DNA of 64,000 nt from Candidatus Wolfebacteria bacterium RIFOXYD12_FULL_48_21 (GCA_001793945.1 MGIW01000003.1:129630-193629), one strand, 5' to 3'; counted from the stretch's first letter, positions 28,460 through 41,115 are shown. The notes: a model not told the origin generated them from the letters alone. Translations and numbers: made by a program.

Positions 28460-31400
28460 ATGAAGCGCGGTTTCGTATTTTCGATGGTACTGATGATGGT
28501 ATTGTCGAATGTGTTTATGGCGAACGCCGCTACCTATACCTTTACCCAGACCAACTGGAGTGGGGGAGTTACCGCAAACAATGCCGTGCATGACACGGGC
28601 AACAATCAGGCACAGCAGAGCTGGCAGCAGTTTTCCACATCAACCGCATCGCTCGCGGTAGTAAACAGCGGAGCTGATGTGCAGATCGGCACTGCGGCAT
28701 CGTCGACCACACAGAGCGACGAGGGGAGTACCGTAACTGGATTCGCACTGGCGGGTGCTTCGAACTCGCAAACGAGCGTCAGTGGATCGGGAACCGGGGC
28801 AAACGTTCAACTTGCGACCGTCCCGGGGCAGTTCGGTTCCGGCGTCGACGGGGCAGTTACGATTTCAACATCGAAAAATATCAACACCGACACGATCGCC
28901 AGCGGCCGCACCTGCGCAGATGGAATTTCATATAACATTGTCGCGCTTACCGCTAATACTGCAACCCTTTCGGGTACCCCTCCGGCGGGATGTTTTGCGG
29001 CAGGCGACAAGGTGATGATTTTGAACGAGCAGGGCTACGGCACGAATGTGACCAATGTGGGTAATTATGAATTTTTGGATGTGCAATCCATTTCGGGCAA
29101 TGTTATTACCTTTACAGAAAGCAAGACTAAATATTATGGAAATGCGGAAGGCAATGATTTTGACTATACCGATTGGCAGCAAGTTTCGGCGGGAAACAGC
29201 CATACCTCGGCGGTAAAGACCGATGGGACGCTGTGGGCGTGGGGGAATAATAGCTACGGTCAGCTTGGACTTGGCAATACCACCAGTCAGACATCGCCAG
29301 TACAGGTGGGGACCGGCACGAACTGGCAGCAAGTTTCCGCGGGCACTTACCATACCATGGCGGTCACAACCGACGGAACGCTATGGGCGTGGGGATATAA
29401 TAGCAATGGACAGCTTGGTTTGGGAGACACGACCCAGCGCACTTCACCGACACAAGTTGGCACCGGCACCAACTGGGCGTCCGTGTCTGCGGGTGGGTTC
29501 CACGCCTTGGCGGTAAAGACCGATGGGACGCTGTGGGCGTGGGGGAATAATGGCTACGGGCGATTAGGAGATGGGACCACGACCCAGCGCACTTCACCGG
29601 TGCAGATCGGAACCGATACAACCTGGCAATCCGTTTCGACGGGAGATATTCACACCTTAGCGGTAAAGACCGATGGGACGCTGTGGGCGTGGGGGCATAA
29701 TGGCTTCGGCCAGCTTGGATTGGGAGACACGACCCAGCGCACTTCACCGGTGCAGATCGGAACCGATACAACCTGGCAATCCGTTTCGGCGGGTTCATCA
29801 CACACCATGGCGGTCAAGACCGGCGGCACCCTGTGGGCGTGGGGGTATAATGGTTTAGGGCAACTCGGCCTTGGCGATACCACCCAGCGGACATCGCCGG
29901 TGCAGGTGGGGACTGATACCGACTGGCAACAGGTATCGAGTGGAGGGGGTCATAACATGGCAGTTAAAGCGGGCGTGGTGCTGGGGACGGGAAGAAATGA
30001 TGCATTTCAGCTTGGGATAACCTATAACCTAAATAGACTGGTGTTTACGCAGTCTGCGCATCAAAAAATCGTATTGCAGCGCATACCCCAGTATACCAGC
30101 GTGGATATCACGGCGACCGGCACTATAACTGCCAGCCCATGGAATGGGGAAAGAGGTGGGGTGCTTGCGTTTTATGCGAGCGGAAATGTGAATGTGCAAC
30201 TTGGAGGAAGTATCAATGTCGTAGGAAAGGGGTATCGATCTGGCAATGGAAGCAACTATGATATATATGAGGGCCTATATGATTATGGGTATGCAGGAGA
30301 GTCATATAATGACACCTTTGGTGAAGGCTATGGGGGTGGCGATGGGTATTGCTCTGAAGTTGGGGGGTGTGCAGATGGGCCCGGTGGAGGAGTCCATACG
30401 GGTGTTTATGGAGGCGCTGCACTTTCCAAGATATTTATGGGTGCTGGCGGAGGAGAGGGTGGCGGATCGCTCGGAGCTGGAGGTGGCATAGTATATATTT
30501 CATCCGATAGCTTGAGTTTAAGTGGTTCGATTTCAGTTAATGGCGGAGGTGGAGATGCGAACGGAGGTGGAGCTGGCGGATCTGCGTATCTTATCGGCGG
30601 GTCGCTTACTGTTGGTACAAATGTTCTTACTTCTACGGGAGGTACTTCTACTTCACCAAATGCAAATGGTGGGATTGGAAGAATTAAGCTTAGCTCAAGC
30701 AGCATTTCAGGAACGACTAACCCAGCTGCGGAGACTTCCGCTCTTCCAACAATATACTATACCTCCGGGGCATATATCTCGGGCGCGATGGACCTTGGTA
30801 ATGTAGGTGGATATACGACGCTTAACTACAGCGCTTCGACAACCGCTCAGACTGTGGTGACTATTGATGTGCGCGCAGGCAACACGGCCACGCCGGATGG
30901 CACTTGGACCGCGTGGACGACCGGCGTTTCGAGTGGCGGAGATATTTCTGCGCTCGGGGCAAACCGTTATTTCCAATATCGGGCGAATTTAGCGACGAGC
31001 GATAATACGCAAACGCCTGCCTTGCACGATGTTTCGGTAGGCTACAGCATTTACGCGACAGACCAGACGCTCACTTCATCGAAGTACGACACAAGCAGCG
31101 CAGACAATGCGATGGGATCCATTGCATGGGATGAGGATGCTTCATTGCCGGCCGGGACGACCGTGACGGTTTCCTTGCGCACCGCGGCAACGGAAGTGGC
31201 TCTTACCGATGCAACATGGTACGCATTCACAAACGCATCCGACGATTGTGCGAAGGTAGATACGACTGTCACCTGTCCGTCAGCCGCGCTTGCCTCTGCT
31301 TCGGCATCGCTCGCCGACAATATTGATGACCAATGGTATCAATATAAGGTGTCGGTGACTTCGACCGGCGTAAACACGCCGACCATCCCGGAGGTGCGCG

Positions 31401-34400
31401 TGCAATATGTGGTAAATGCACCGCCAGAGCTCTCGGCGGTGACCGCAACGCAAATAGCGACATCGAGCGATGCCAACTGGGGCAAGATACAGATAAACTA
31501 TTCAGTGCGCGATATCGACAGTGAAACCGGATCTATTACCCCGGGATATGTAACGCCGTTGTTCGAGTACAATATCGGCGGTGGCTGGGTCGCCATCGAC
31601 GAGGCCAACCTTTCCGCAAATGCGCTCGACAACAAAATAGTTACACAGATAGGCTACACCGCATACAGTGCCACATGGGATGTGCAAACCGCCATTCCGG
31701 CGCAATATTTCGCATCCGCGCAGGTGCGCGTAACCGTCGACGACAACGAACCTGCAAACAATACCGCTCAGGCGACTGCGGCAGAATTCGTGCTCGACAC
31801 AACAGCACCAACCGTTTCGGGAACCATCAATGGCACTTCAAATGAATTGACCTACTCTGTTTCCGACGACCAAAATGTTTCCTATCGTCTTTCAAACAAT
31901 AGCGACGGTTCCTATGATAGCGTAAACGCCGCTTCCGGTTCGTGGGTCGCCGCCGGGGCACCGTCGGCAAGCGCGACCACCACATGGGAACTTGCAGGGG
32001 CACCGAGCAATCAGATCGCATATCTTGAGGGCCGCGATGTGTACGGCAACACGGCATCGACTACTATCATCGGCCCTTCAGCGCCTACCTACTTCGATCT
32101 GAAGGATGCTTCGAATGTGCTTATCGATAACTACCAGATATTCCTTTCATGGAAAGTATACACGGCGACCACATCTGCGTCATTCAACCGATATGAGTTG
32201 TACCGTTCGACCGACGGATATACCTACGGGTTGCGGAGCACCATCACCGATTCAGCGACCAATTACTATACGAACACCGGACTCGCCTCTTCGACCACCT
32301 ACTACTATAAGCTGTTGGCCGTCGACAGTGACGGGGATGTTTCGCCCTATTCCACCGTCCTTAGTCATCAACCAAGCGGACAGGGAGGAACCGACTCTAC
32401 TTCGCCGACCATCTCACTTGTAACGGCTACCGATACGCAATCGACCTATGCGAAGATAACATTCACCACAAATGAACTCGCCTTTGGTACGGTTGAATAT
32501 CATGCGGAAGGAGGCTCGCCGTATGCGCTATCCGAAACCAAGGATACCATTGCAACCGCCCACACGATTGTACTTACCGATCTGACGCCGAATACTACCT
32601 ATACATATCGTGTGCAGGCGACCGATATTGCCGGAAATGAAACAACTGACGAAAGCCTTGGCGCAGGATATACATTTACAACCCGCGGGGGCCCGATCAT
32701 TACCGATGTCACCGCCATTCTTGCCGATGACCGCAATGCGACCGTCGCGTGGAATACAAATGTTGATTCCAATTCGACCTTGGTTTATGCCGAAAATGCA
32801 GTAACACTGACTAACGGCGTAGGCACTACCGCCGTGCAAGACACTTCGTTTGCCGGAGGCGCAGGGCCGCTGTATCAGCACCGTATCACACTGACCAGTC
32901 TTACGCCGCGCACGACATACTATTACTATGTACAGTCGACCGACATTGATGGCAATACGGGTGTAGATAAGAACGGCCTGAATTATTACACCTTTACCAC
33001 ATCGTACGATACCAAGGCACCGACTGTTTCCAATATTACCACCCCGGTGATCACCGAAACCGCCGTGGTTGTACTGTGGAAAACGGATGAACTTTCTGAC
33101 TCACAGGTATCTTATGGCACCGAATCGGGTACCTATACCGAGACCACAACACTCGACACCAATATGTCGATCGTTCATGCGGTAACCTTAACCGGTCTTA
33201 CCGCCGGGACCGACTACTACTATGTAGTCAAATCGAACGACCCTGCAGGCAATGCAACGACTTCGCCTGAACAGAGCGTGACTTCCGCTGATGCGCAAGA
33301 AATATTGATCGTTACCATCGGAGGGGGAGGCGCCGGCAAGACCGATAATCCGCCACCAGATGTGAAGGACACGGCCCCGGCCGCCATCAGCAACATCAAG
33401 ATCGTGAATACGACCGCATTTGGCGCGACGCTTTCCTTTGAAACGAATGAGCCTACTGTGATCGGACTGCGTTATGGCCAAACCACCGCGTATGACCGCG
33501 CGGAGGCAAGTATCGATTGGAAACTGTCCCATGAGATCAAGCTCAGCGGCTTGCGCTTGGGGACCGATTATCACTTCCAGATCAAGGCGATCGACAAGGG
33601 CGGTAACGAAGCATTTTCCGATGACACAACCTTCACGACGAAGTTCATAGCGGAAGCAAGCGAAAGTGCGCGGACGATCGAAAATATCCAGCAGTATGAG
33701 CAGGAGATCGAAGATTCGCTCGCATCCATTTTGCCGAGCATCCTTCCTCCGTTCGTTGAAGATGCACGCGTAACCGACATAACAGAAAGCGCAGCTACCA
33801 TCAATTGGAGAACAAACATCAATTCGTATGCGACCGTTTCGTATGCGACCGAAGAAGAGTATTTGGCTGCAACCACCACCAGGACCGTATACACGGGAGA
33901 GGTTTCCGATATATCCGCAAAGACCCGCGAGCACTCGCTGATATTGATCGGGCTTAAACCGAACACGACCTATCACTTTAAGGCAAAGTCGTTCTCTGTG
34001 CCGCAAGTAGTTGGCGAAGGTCGCGATATGACCTTTATCACAAAGGCACCGGCCGTACAGGCGAGTGTGATCGATGTGAAGACCTCATCGTTCCGCGCCG
34101 CGTGGACAACCGATGTGGCCGCAAGCTCTATCGTGGAATACAAGAACTTGACCACGGGAGTCATCGAGCGCATCATCAACGAACCGTTGGTTACCTACCA
34201 CGATATTCTCGTTGATAATCTTCGCCCGGGAACCCGGTATGAAGTGAAGGTACTCGGGTACAGCGCATCGGGTAACCTGCTTTCCTCGGGAACAGCCATG
34301 AATGTGCTGACTTCTACCGATATTGCGGCACCGAAGATTGGCAACTTCAAGGTTGACGGCGCATTAGTACCGGGTCGCACAGACCGCATCCAGACCATCG

Positions 34401-34711
34401 TGTCATGGACGACCGATGAGCCGGGAACCGGCATCGTAGAATATCAGGAGGGTGCGGGCAGCGTTGCCGATGGGTTTGCCAATAAGGTAACCATCACCGA
34501 CAGCTATGTCACCAACCATGTGGTCATCCTTGCCAACCTGAAACCGGGAACCATTTACCAGTTCAAGATCACATCGGCAGACCAAGCAGGCAACACCGCC
34601 AGCTTCGGCCCGCGCACGATCATCACCCCGCAAAAGGGTGAGTCGATCTTCGATGTCATCTTTAAGAACTTTGAAGATACCTTTAAGTTCTTAAGAGGGG
34701 CGGGGCAGTAA
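28460..34711 (+). CDS. Giant secreted/surface protein (~2080 aa): signal peptide, ~7 RCC1 repeats, a Gly-rich region, then many FN3/Ig-like (purple-acid-phosphatase-N-like) repeats
   Basis: Repeated DGTLWAWGNNxYGQLGLGDTTQRTSPVQ units, a GGGxGG-rich stretch at ~30280-30700, and repeated ~90-aa beta-sandwich units with Y..Y..V.A.D..GN motifs. The start was chosen at MKRGFVFSMVLMMVLSNVFMANA rather than the repeat-derived upstream extension of ORF 27992..34711. Confidence 0.55.
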   Translation: MKRGFVFSMVLMMVLSNVFMANAATYTFTQTNWSGGVTANNAVHDTGNNQAQQSWQQFSTSTASLAVVNSGADVQIGTAASSTTQSDEGSTVTGFALAGASNSQTSVSGSGTGANVQLATVPGQFGSGVDGAVTISTSKNINTDTIASGRTCADGISYNIVALTANTATLSGTPPAGCFAAGDKVMILNEQGYGTNVTNVGNYEFLDVQSISGNVITFTESKTKYYGNAEGNDFDYTDWQQVSAGNSHTSAVKTDGTLWAWGNNSYGQLGLGNTTSQTSPVQVGTGTNWQQVSAGTYHTMAVTTDGTLWAWGYNSNGQLGLGDTTQRTSPTQVGTGTNWASVSAGGFHALAVKTDGTLWAWGNNGYGRLGDGTTTQRTSPVQIGTDTTWQSVSTGDIHTLAVKTDGTLWAWGHNGFGQLGLGDTTQRTSPVQIGTDTTWQSVSAGSSHTMAVKTGGTLWAWGYNGLGQLGLGDTTQRTSPVQVGTDTDWQQVSSGGGHNMAVKAGVVLGTGRNDAFQLGITYNLNRLVFTQSAHQKIVLQRIPQYTSVDITATGTITASPWNGERGGVLAFYASGNVNVQLGGSINVVGKGYRSGNGSNYDIYEGLYDYGYAGESYNDTFGEGYGGGDGYCSEVGGCADGPGGGVHTGVYGGAALSKIFMGAGGGEGGGSLGAGGGIVYISSDSLSLSGSISVNGGGGDANGGGAGGSAYLIGGSLTVGTNVLTSTGGTSTSPNANGGIGRIKLSSSSISGTTNPAAETSALPTIYYTSGAYISGAMDLGNVGGYTTLNYSASTTAQTVVTIDVRAGNTATPDGTWTAWTTGVSSGGDISALGANRYFQYRANLATSDNTQTPALHDVSVGYSIYATDQTLTSSKYDTSSADNAMGSIAWDEDASLPAGTTVTVSLRTAATEVALTDATWYAFTNASDDCAKVDTTVTCPSAALASASASLADNIDDQWYQYKVSVTSTGVNTPTIPEVRVQYVVNAPPELSAVTATQIATSSDANWGKIQINYSVRDIDSETGSITPGYVTPLFEYNIGGGWVAIDEANLSANALDNKIVTQIGYTAYSATWDVQTAIPAQYFASAQVRVTVDDNEPANNTAQATAAEFVLDTTAPTVSGTINGTSNELTYSVSDDQNVSYRLSNNSDGSYDSVNAASGSWVAAGAPSASATTTWELAGAPSNQIAYLEGRDVYGNTASTTIIGPSAPTYFDLKDASNVLIDNYQIFLSWKVYTATTSASFNRYELYRSTDGYTYGLRSTITDSATNYYTNTGLASSTTYYYKLLAVDSDGDVSPYSTVLSHQPSGQGGTDSTSPTISLVTATDTQSTYAKITFTTNELAFGTVEYHAEGGSPYALSETKDTIATAHTIVLTDLTPNTTYTYRVQATDIAGNETTDESLGAGYTFTTRGGPIITDVTAILADDRNATVAWNTNVDSNSTLVYAENAVTLTNGVGTTAVQDTSFAGGAGPLYQHRITLTSLTPRTTYYYYVQSTDIDGNTGVDKNGLNYYTFTTSYDTKAPTVSNITTPVITETAVVVLWKTDELSDSQVSYGTESGTYTETTTLDTNMSIVHAVTLTGLTAGTDYYYVVKSNDPAGNATTSPEQSVTSADAQEILIVTIGGGGAGKTDNPPPDVKDTAPAAISNIKIVNTTAFGATLSFETNEPTVIGLRYGQTTAYDRAEASIDWKLSHEIKLSGLRLGTDYHFQIKAIDKGGNEAFSDDTTFTTKFIAEASESARTIENIQQYEQEIEDSLASILPSILPPFVEDARVTDITESAATINWRTNINSYATVSYATEEEYLAATTTRTVYTGEVSDISAKTREHSLILIGLKPNTTYHFKAKSFSVPQVVGEGRDMTFITKAPAVQASVIDVKTSSFRAAWTTDVAASSIVEYKNLTTGVIERIINEPLVTYHDILVDNLRPGTRYEVKVLGYSASGNLLSSGTAMNVLTSTDIAAPKIGNFKVDGALVPGRTDRIQTIVSWTTDEPGTGIVEYQEGAGSVADGFANKVTITDSYVTNHVVILANLKPGTIYQFKITSADQAGNTASFGPRTIITPQKGESIFDVIFKNFEDTFKFLRGAGQ

Positions 34712-35090
34712 GATGAGAGGGTAGAGATGGGAGATTAGAGGTTAGAAAAAGGAGCGCCGTCAGGCGCTCCTTTTTGTATCCTACATGCTATTTGCTACAT
34801 GTTACACCCTTGGCGATTCCTTTTTTGTTGGGGGTATTGTCATCCCGAGTGCAACGCAGCGAAGCAGCGTGAAATCGAGGGATCCGCAGTAAAAACAGAT
34901 TCCTCGTCCGCCGGCTGGCGGATCGGAATGACAATGCGGGGGGGGGAGGTGTGTCACCCCGGCGGATACCGGGGTCCAGGTTTTTGCAGTGGTGCCGCAT
35001 TGTGCTGAAAACTCTGGATCCCGTGTCCCCGTATCGTGGTACGGGGCAGGCTGCGCACGGGATGACAATGCGGGGGGAAGGGCAATGCGT
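34712..35090. repeat. Hairpin repeat block (purine tract, gtcatcccgagtgcaacgcagcgaagcagcgtgaaatcgagggatccg..., ctggatcccgtgtccccgtatcgtggtacggggcaggctgcgcacgggatgacaatgcgggg)
   Basis: Shared modules with 4650-4715 and 10290-10400. Confidence 0.65.
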
Positions 35091-35606
35091 CTATTTCACT
35101 TCAATGGTGCGTTCGTTGATGGTGTCTCCATACGACAGGGTAACCGTTATTTTTTCTCGGGGGAGCGCCTTTGTTATGCGCTCGGGCCATTCTACTAAAA
35201 TGATATTCTGTGGGTCGCTTAGCAACTTCTTGAACCCGAGCTCTTTCATTTCACTTGCATCGCCGATGCGATAACAATCGAAGTGGTGCGCTTTTTGAAA
35301 TGCGGGCTCACTGGATACCGGCCTCCGCCGGTATGACAATGCGCGCGGGGATGACAGAGGGAGATGCGGGAATGCCACTGCGGGCAACGCGTAAGAACGC
35401 AGTAAGGTAAATGTTGGGCTCACGATTTTTTTCTTTACGCCAAGCTCGCGCAATAGGCCTTGAATAAATGTTGTCTTTCCGGCGCCTAGATCGCCTTTAA
35501 AAACAACGACAAAAGCGTGCTTCCCCGATTTTGTCCGTGCGACTTCTTCAGCAAACAGCTTTGCTATCTTTTTTGTTTCAGTAGATGAGGTTGTTTTATA
35601 CTGCAT
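35091..35606 (-). CDS. tsaE: tRNA threonylcarbamoyladenosine biosynthesis ATPase TsaE (YjeE), carrying an in-frame repeat-element insertion
   Basis: P-loop GDLGAGKTTFIQGL, then SPTFTL ... HHFDCYRI. The normal ~11-aa linker between these motifs is expanded to ~38 aa, encoded by the hairpin repeat at 35305-35395. Confidence 0.6.
   Translation of the reverse strand: MQYKTTSSTETKKIAKLFAEEVARTKSGKHAFVVVFKGDLGAGKTTFIQGLLRELGVKKKIVSPTFTLLRSYALPAVAFPHLPLSSPRALSYRRRPVSSEPAFQKAHHFDCYRIGDASEMKELGFKKLLSDPQNIILVEWPERITKALPREKITVTLSYGDTINERTIEVK
35305..35395. mobile_element. MITE/REP-like hairpin element (ctggataccggcctccgccggtatgacaatgcgcgcggggatgacag...) inserted in-frame inside tsaE
   Basis: The same module occurs intergenically at 28384-28410, 36045-36075, 51075-51110 and 60650-60680. 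Here it is translated without a stop (…LRSYALPAVAFPHLPLSSPRALSYRRRPVSSEPAFQKA…). Confidence 0.55.
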
Positions 35607-35752
35607 TGATTTTATGATGCAAAAAAGCATAGGAAAATGCAACTGGATACCAGCCGGATCCGCCGGCTGGCGGACTCGTGCCACGATACGGGACCCGCGT
35701 TCGGAATGACAATGCATTTACTGTGTCACCCCGGCGGAGGCCGGGGTCCATA

Positions 35753-36034
35753 CTATAAGTCATCATACAAATCCTTCCATTCAGGATTTTCTTTTTCTAT
35801 TAATTTCAACTTCCAATTCCTGTGCCACTCTTTTAGGCATTTCTCTCTTGCAATCGCGCTACGCACATCAGGCGTCGCCTCAAAATACACCAATCTGTCT
35901 ATGCTATATATTTTTGTAAATCCTTCTATCAGCTTTTCTTTATGTTCGTATACTCTTCTTTTTAGATCATTTGTTACTCCGATATATAATGTTCCATTTC
36001 GTTTATTGGCGAGAATATATATGTAATACTGCAT
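35753..36034 (-). CDS. GIY-YIG nuclease-superfamily small protein (UPF0213-like)
   Basis: YYIYILANKRNGTLYIGVTNDLKRRVYEHK is a canonical GIY-YIG motif. The start was chosen at MQYYIYIL, after the repeat-derived N-terminal extension. Confidence 0.55.
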   Translation of the reverse strand: MQYYIYILANKRNGTLYIGVTNDLKRRVYEHKEKLIEGFTKIYSIDRLVYFEATPDVRSAIAREKCLKEWHRNWKLKLIEKENPEWKDLYDDL

Positions 36035-36174
36035 TTCTTTATTATACTGGATACCGGCCTGCGCCGGTATGACAGTACGGGGAGGTGTGACACCCCGGCG
36101 CGTTCGGAATGACAATGCGGGGCCTCGCACAAACAAAAACAACCCCGGAGGGTTGTTTTTGTTTGAAGGATATT

Positions 36175-36792
36175 TTATCGCTTCTTCCATTGCGGGGCGC
36201 GTCGTGCCTTTTTGAGGCCCGGCTTCTTTCGTTCCACTGCCCGCGGATCGCGGGTCAACAGATCGAGTCTGCGCAAACGCTTCTGGAATACCGGATTGAA
36301 CTTGATCAATGCCCGGGCAATTCCGAGACGCGCCGCTTGCGACTGTGCCATCGGTCCGCCTCCCTTTACTTTAATGATCGCTCCAAGCTTGTCGGAGATT
36401 TTCATCTTTTCGAGCGCGCTCTCGACATCCTTTTCATATCGCTCGACGCCGAAGTATTCTTTCAATGTCTTGTTGTTGATCTTGATGCCCTCCATTTTAG
36501 TGAAGAGGCGAACACGCGCAACTGCCGTCTTGCGGCGACCGACGGCTTCGAAGTACTTGTCCTTCTTTCCGCTGGTTCGCTTCGGTTTTTCCCCGACAGC
36601 CACCTCTTCTATTACCAGAGCTTCGTCTGCCTCCTCCTCTTTGGTTAAGGCTTCGTCGATTCCCTTAACGACCTCGTCTTCAAAAGCTGCCTTCTCCTTC
36701 GCCACAACTTCGGCGGATGAGTCAACAACTTTCTTATCCTTCGACTTGCTCAGGACTTCGTCCTTTTTTGTTTTTTTCGTTGTTTCCGTCAT
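36175..36792 (-). CDS. rpsI: 30S ribosomal protein S9 (with a charged N-terminal extension)
   Basis: The C-terminus GGGPMAQSQAARLGIARALIKFNPVFQKRLRRLDLLTRDPRAVERKKPGLKKARRAPQWKKR matches S9. Confidence 0.8.
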   Translation of the reverse strand: MTETTKKTKKDEVLSKSKDKKVVDSSAEVVAKEKAAFEDEVVKGIDEALTKEEEADEALVIEEVAVGEKPKRTSGKKDKYFEAVGRRKTAVARVRLFTKMEGIKINNKTLKEYFGVERYEKDVESALEKMKISDKLGAIIKVKGGGPMAQSQAARLGIARALIKFNPVFQKRLRRLDLLTRDPRAVERKKPGLKKARRAPQWKKR

Positions 36793-36893
36793 ATAAATAA
36801 CCGATAACCAATAACTGATAACTGATAACGGGATGCGGATTGCATCTGATTCCGTTTCATTGTTATGGGTTTTTGGTTTTTGGTTTTTGGTTA
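36793..36893 (-). promoter_or_regulatory. Conserved ~100-nt intra-operon element between rplM and rpsI. A near-identical copy lies between rpsG and fusA (39596-39693).
   Basis: The core ataacgggatgcggattgcatctRattccgtttcattgttatgggtttttggttt is ~55 nt and near-identical at both loci. It is preceded by TAACYRATAAC low-complexity. Confidence 0.45.
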
Positions 36894-37235
36894 TTACTCA
36901 ATGATCAACCGCTTCATGCGGGGGACTTGCAATCGGTTCTTTGGCAACATGCGCATGACCGCACGCTTCAACACCTCCTGCTTTCCCTTTTTTGCTACGA
37001 CCTCCGCATAGGTTTCTTCTTTGATCCCACCCATGTATCCGGAGTGGTGATAGTAGACCTTGTCGGATTCCTTCTTTCCGCTGATCGTCATGCCGTCGAC
37101 ATTCTTTACGATCACCCGATCTTCACCCGCGAGCCTTGGCTCGTAGTTCGGGCTTTTCTTGCCTTGTAAGATGGTCGAGATCTCAGTCGCCAGCCGGCCC
37201 ATATTCTGATTTTTTGCGTCTATTGTGTAGTCCAT
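36894..37235 (-). CDS. rplM: 50S ribosomal protein L13
   Basis: GRLATEISTILQGKKSPNYEPRLAGEDRVIVKNVDGMTISGKKESDKVYYHHSGYMGGIKE matches L13. Confidence 0.8.
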   Translation of the reverse strand: MDYTIDAKNQNMGRLATEISTILQGKKSPNYEPRLAGEDRVIVKNVDGMTISGKKESDKVYYHHSGYMGGIKEETYAEVVAKKGKQEVLKRAVMRMLPKNRLQVPRMKRLIIE

Positions 37236-37450
37236 ATCTGTGAGCCTTTATTTCGGCTATTGTTTATTTTTACCGAAATAATTGCTTTAAGTCAAATGAA
37301 TCCTTTGGTTGTCTAAATAAGACCATATTTACAGCACTTGTCATTCCGAGCCGCCAACCGGCGGACGAGGGATCTGCAGATTCCTCGATTCCGCGGAGTA
37401 CCGCTTCACTCGGAATGACATCGCATATAATTTCCAAATAAATCCAATTA

Positions 37451-39595
<2,145 letters not shown>

Positions 39596-39693
39596 ATAAA
39601 TAACCTATAACCTATAACCGATAACCGATAACGGGATGCGGATTGCATCTAATTCCGTTTCATTGTTATGGGTTTTTGGTTTTCGGTTGTTGG
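39596..39693 (-). promoter_or_regulatory. Second copy of the conserved intra-operon element (between rpsG and fusA)
   Basis: See 36793-36893. Confidence 0.45.
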
Positions 39694-40161
39694 TTATCTT
39701 GCAAAGTGTGCGAAGGCGCGGTTTGCTTCGGCCATCTTGTGCACATTTTGCTTCTTTTTGATCGCGGTTCCTTCGCCCTTATAGGAAGCGATGAGTTCTT
39801 CAGCGAGACGCTCCGACATTGCTTTGCCTTTTTTGGCCCGTGCCGCGTCAATCATCCACTTGCAACCCAAGAAAAACTTTCGTTCTGCGCGTACTTCGCG
39901 GGGAACCTGATAGTTCGCACCGCCAACGCGCTTACTGACAACCTCAAGCAAGGGAGAAGCATTTTCCAACGCTTTCTCGAACACCTCAAGCGGGCTCATC
40001 TGTAATTCCTTTTCTATGATGTTAAATGCACCATATACAACCCGCTCGGCAACCGTCTTTTCGCCGTCAAACATCATGTAATTGATGAATCGGGACAACG
40101 CGATGGAGCCATGCTTCACATCCGGCGTGTGATATTTTTTAAATTTTCTGTTTCTTCGCAT
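39694..40161 (-). CDS. rpsG: 30S ribosomal protein S7
   Basis: MRRNRKFKKYHTPDVKHGSIALSRFINYMMFDGEKTVAERVVYGAFNII matches S7. Confidence 0.9.
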   Translation of the reverse strand: MRRNRKFKKYHTPDVKHGSIALSRFINYMMFDGEKTVAERVVYGAFNIIEKELQMSPLEVFEKALENASPLLEVVSKRVGGANYQVPREVRAERKFFLGCKWMIDAARAKKGKAMSERLAEELIASYKGEGTAIKKKQNVHKMAEANRAFAHFAR

Positions 40162-40241
40162 AAATTTATGATTTAGGATTTATGATTTAAGATTTAAGAA
40201 CCAATTCCCTTGCATCTTAAATCTTGCATCTTAAATCTTTT

Positions 40242-40661
40242 TTACTTAGCTGTCTTGGCTTTTTTCGCGCCATACTTACTGCGACCCTGATTCATCTTTA
40301 CACAACCTGCCGTATCGAGTACGCCACGCACAATGTGGTACCGTACGCCCGGTAAATCCTTTACGCGTCCGCCGCGGATCATAACAACCGAGTGCTCCTG
40401 GAGGTTATGTCCCATTCCCGGAATGTACGCGGATACTTCCATGCCGTTGGTCAAACGAACACGGGCGACCTTGCGAAGCGCCGAGTTTGGCTTCTTCGGA
40501 GTGGTGGTAAACACCTTCAAACATACGCCTCGTTTGAACGGAGACGTAGAGTTCACCGGGCGGTTCAAGATCGTATTGAAATACAACCCCATCGCCGGCG
40601 ACTTGGACTTCAGATTTTTGCTCTGGCGTCCTTTCTTAATTAGTTGTCTAATAGTAGGCAT
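40242..40661 (-). CDS. rpsL: 30S ribosomal protein S12
   Basis: [13 protein letters not shown]...[59 protein letters not shown] matches S12. Confidence 0.9.
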   Translation of the reverse strand: MPTIRQLIKKGRQSKNLKSKSPAMGLYFNTILNRPVNSTSPFKRGVCLKVFTTTPKKPNSALRKVARVRLTNGMEVSAYIPGMGHNLQEHSVVMIRGGRVKDLPGVRYHIVRGVLDTAGCVKMNQGRSKYGAKKAKTAK

Positions 40662-40989
40662 CTCTCTTTCCCGGTCTACATGGGGTTGGCGAACTGCTGC
40701 GTTGCCTTCCTCGCGCCCTTCCTCGAAGGAGGGTCACTCCATCTCGGTCGTTCGCTCGTTGGCGCCTTGCACTTCATCCAACCGCATGTAGCCGGTTTTT
40801 TAATATAAACAATACTATCCCTTCGACGGATTTTCATGCATAGCAGATGAATCAAGGGAGTGACTCTTTTGCCATGAATACGAAATATCCAAAAGGGTTC
40901 CGAACATCTTTAACAGTACCTGCGTCATCGCTTCTTTTTACTCGCGATGCCGTATGTTTCCCATTAAAGTTTGCCGCTCCGGTATTTTA

Positions 40990-41115
40990 AATCACAAAGT
41001 TTATTTGTCATCCCGAGCCCATTCGACAAGCTCAGGGTAAACGGAGCCGAGGGGTCTGCTTTTTACTACAGATTCCTCGATTTCGCGGGGGTACCGCTCC
41101 ACTCGGAATGACACA
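40990..41115. repeat. Hairpin module gtcatcccgagcccattcgacaagctcagggtaaacggagccgagg...ctcggaatgaca (a near-copy of 21605-21720)
   Basis: The two copies align along most of their length. Confidence 0.6.

Noticed and set aside
35753-36190. Full 145-aa track ORF for the GIY-YIG protein, and 35091..35717 for tsaE
   Set aside because: The N-terminal extensions read through repeat modules (…GVTPPRTVIPAQAGIQ…, a recurring repeat-derived peptide). The starts were moved to internal Met codons preceding the conserved domains.
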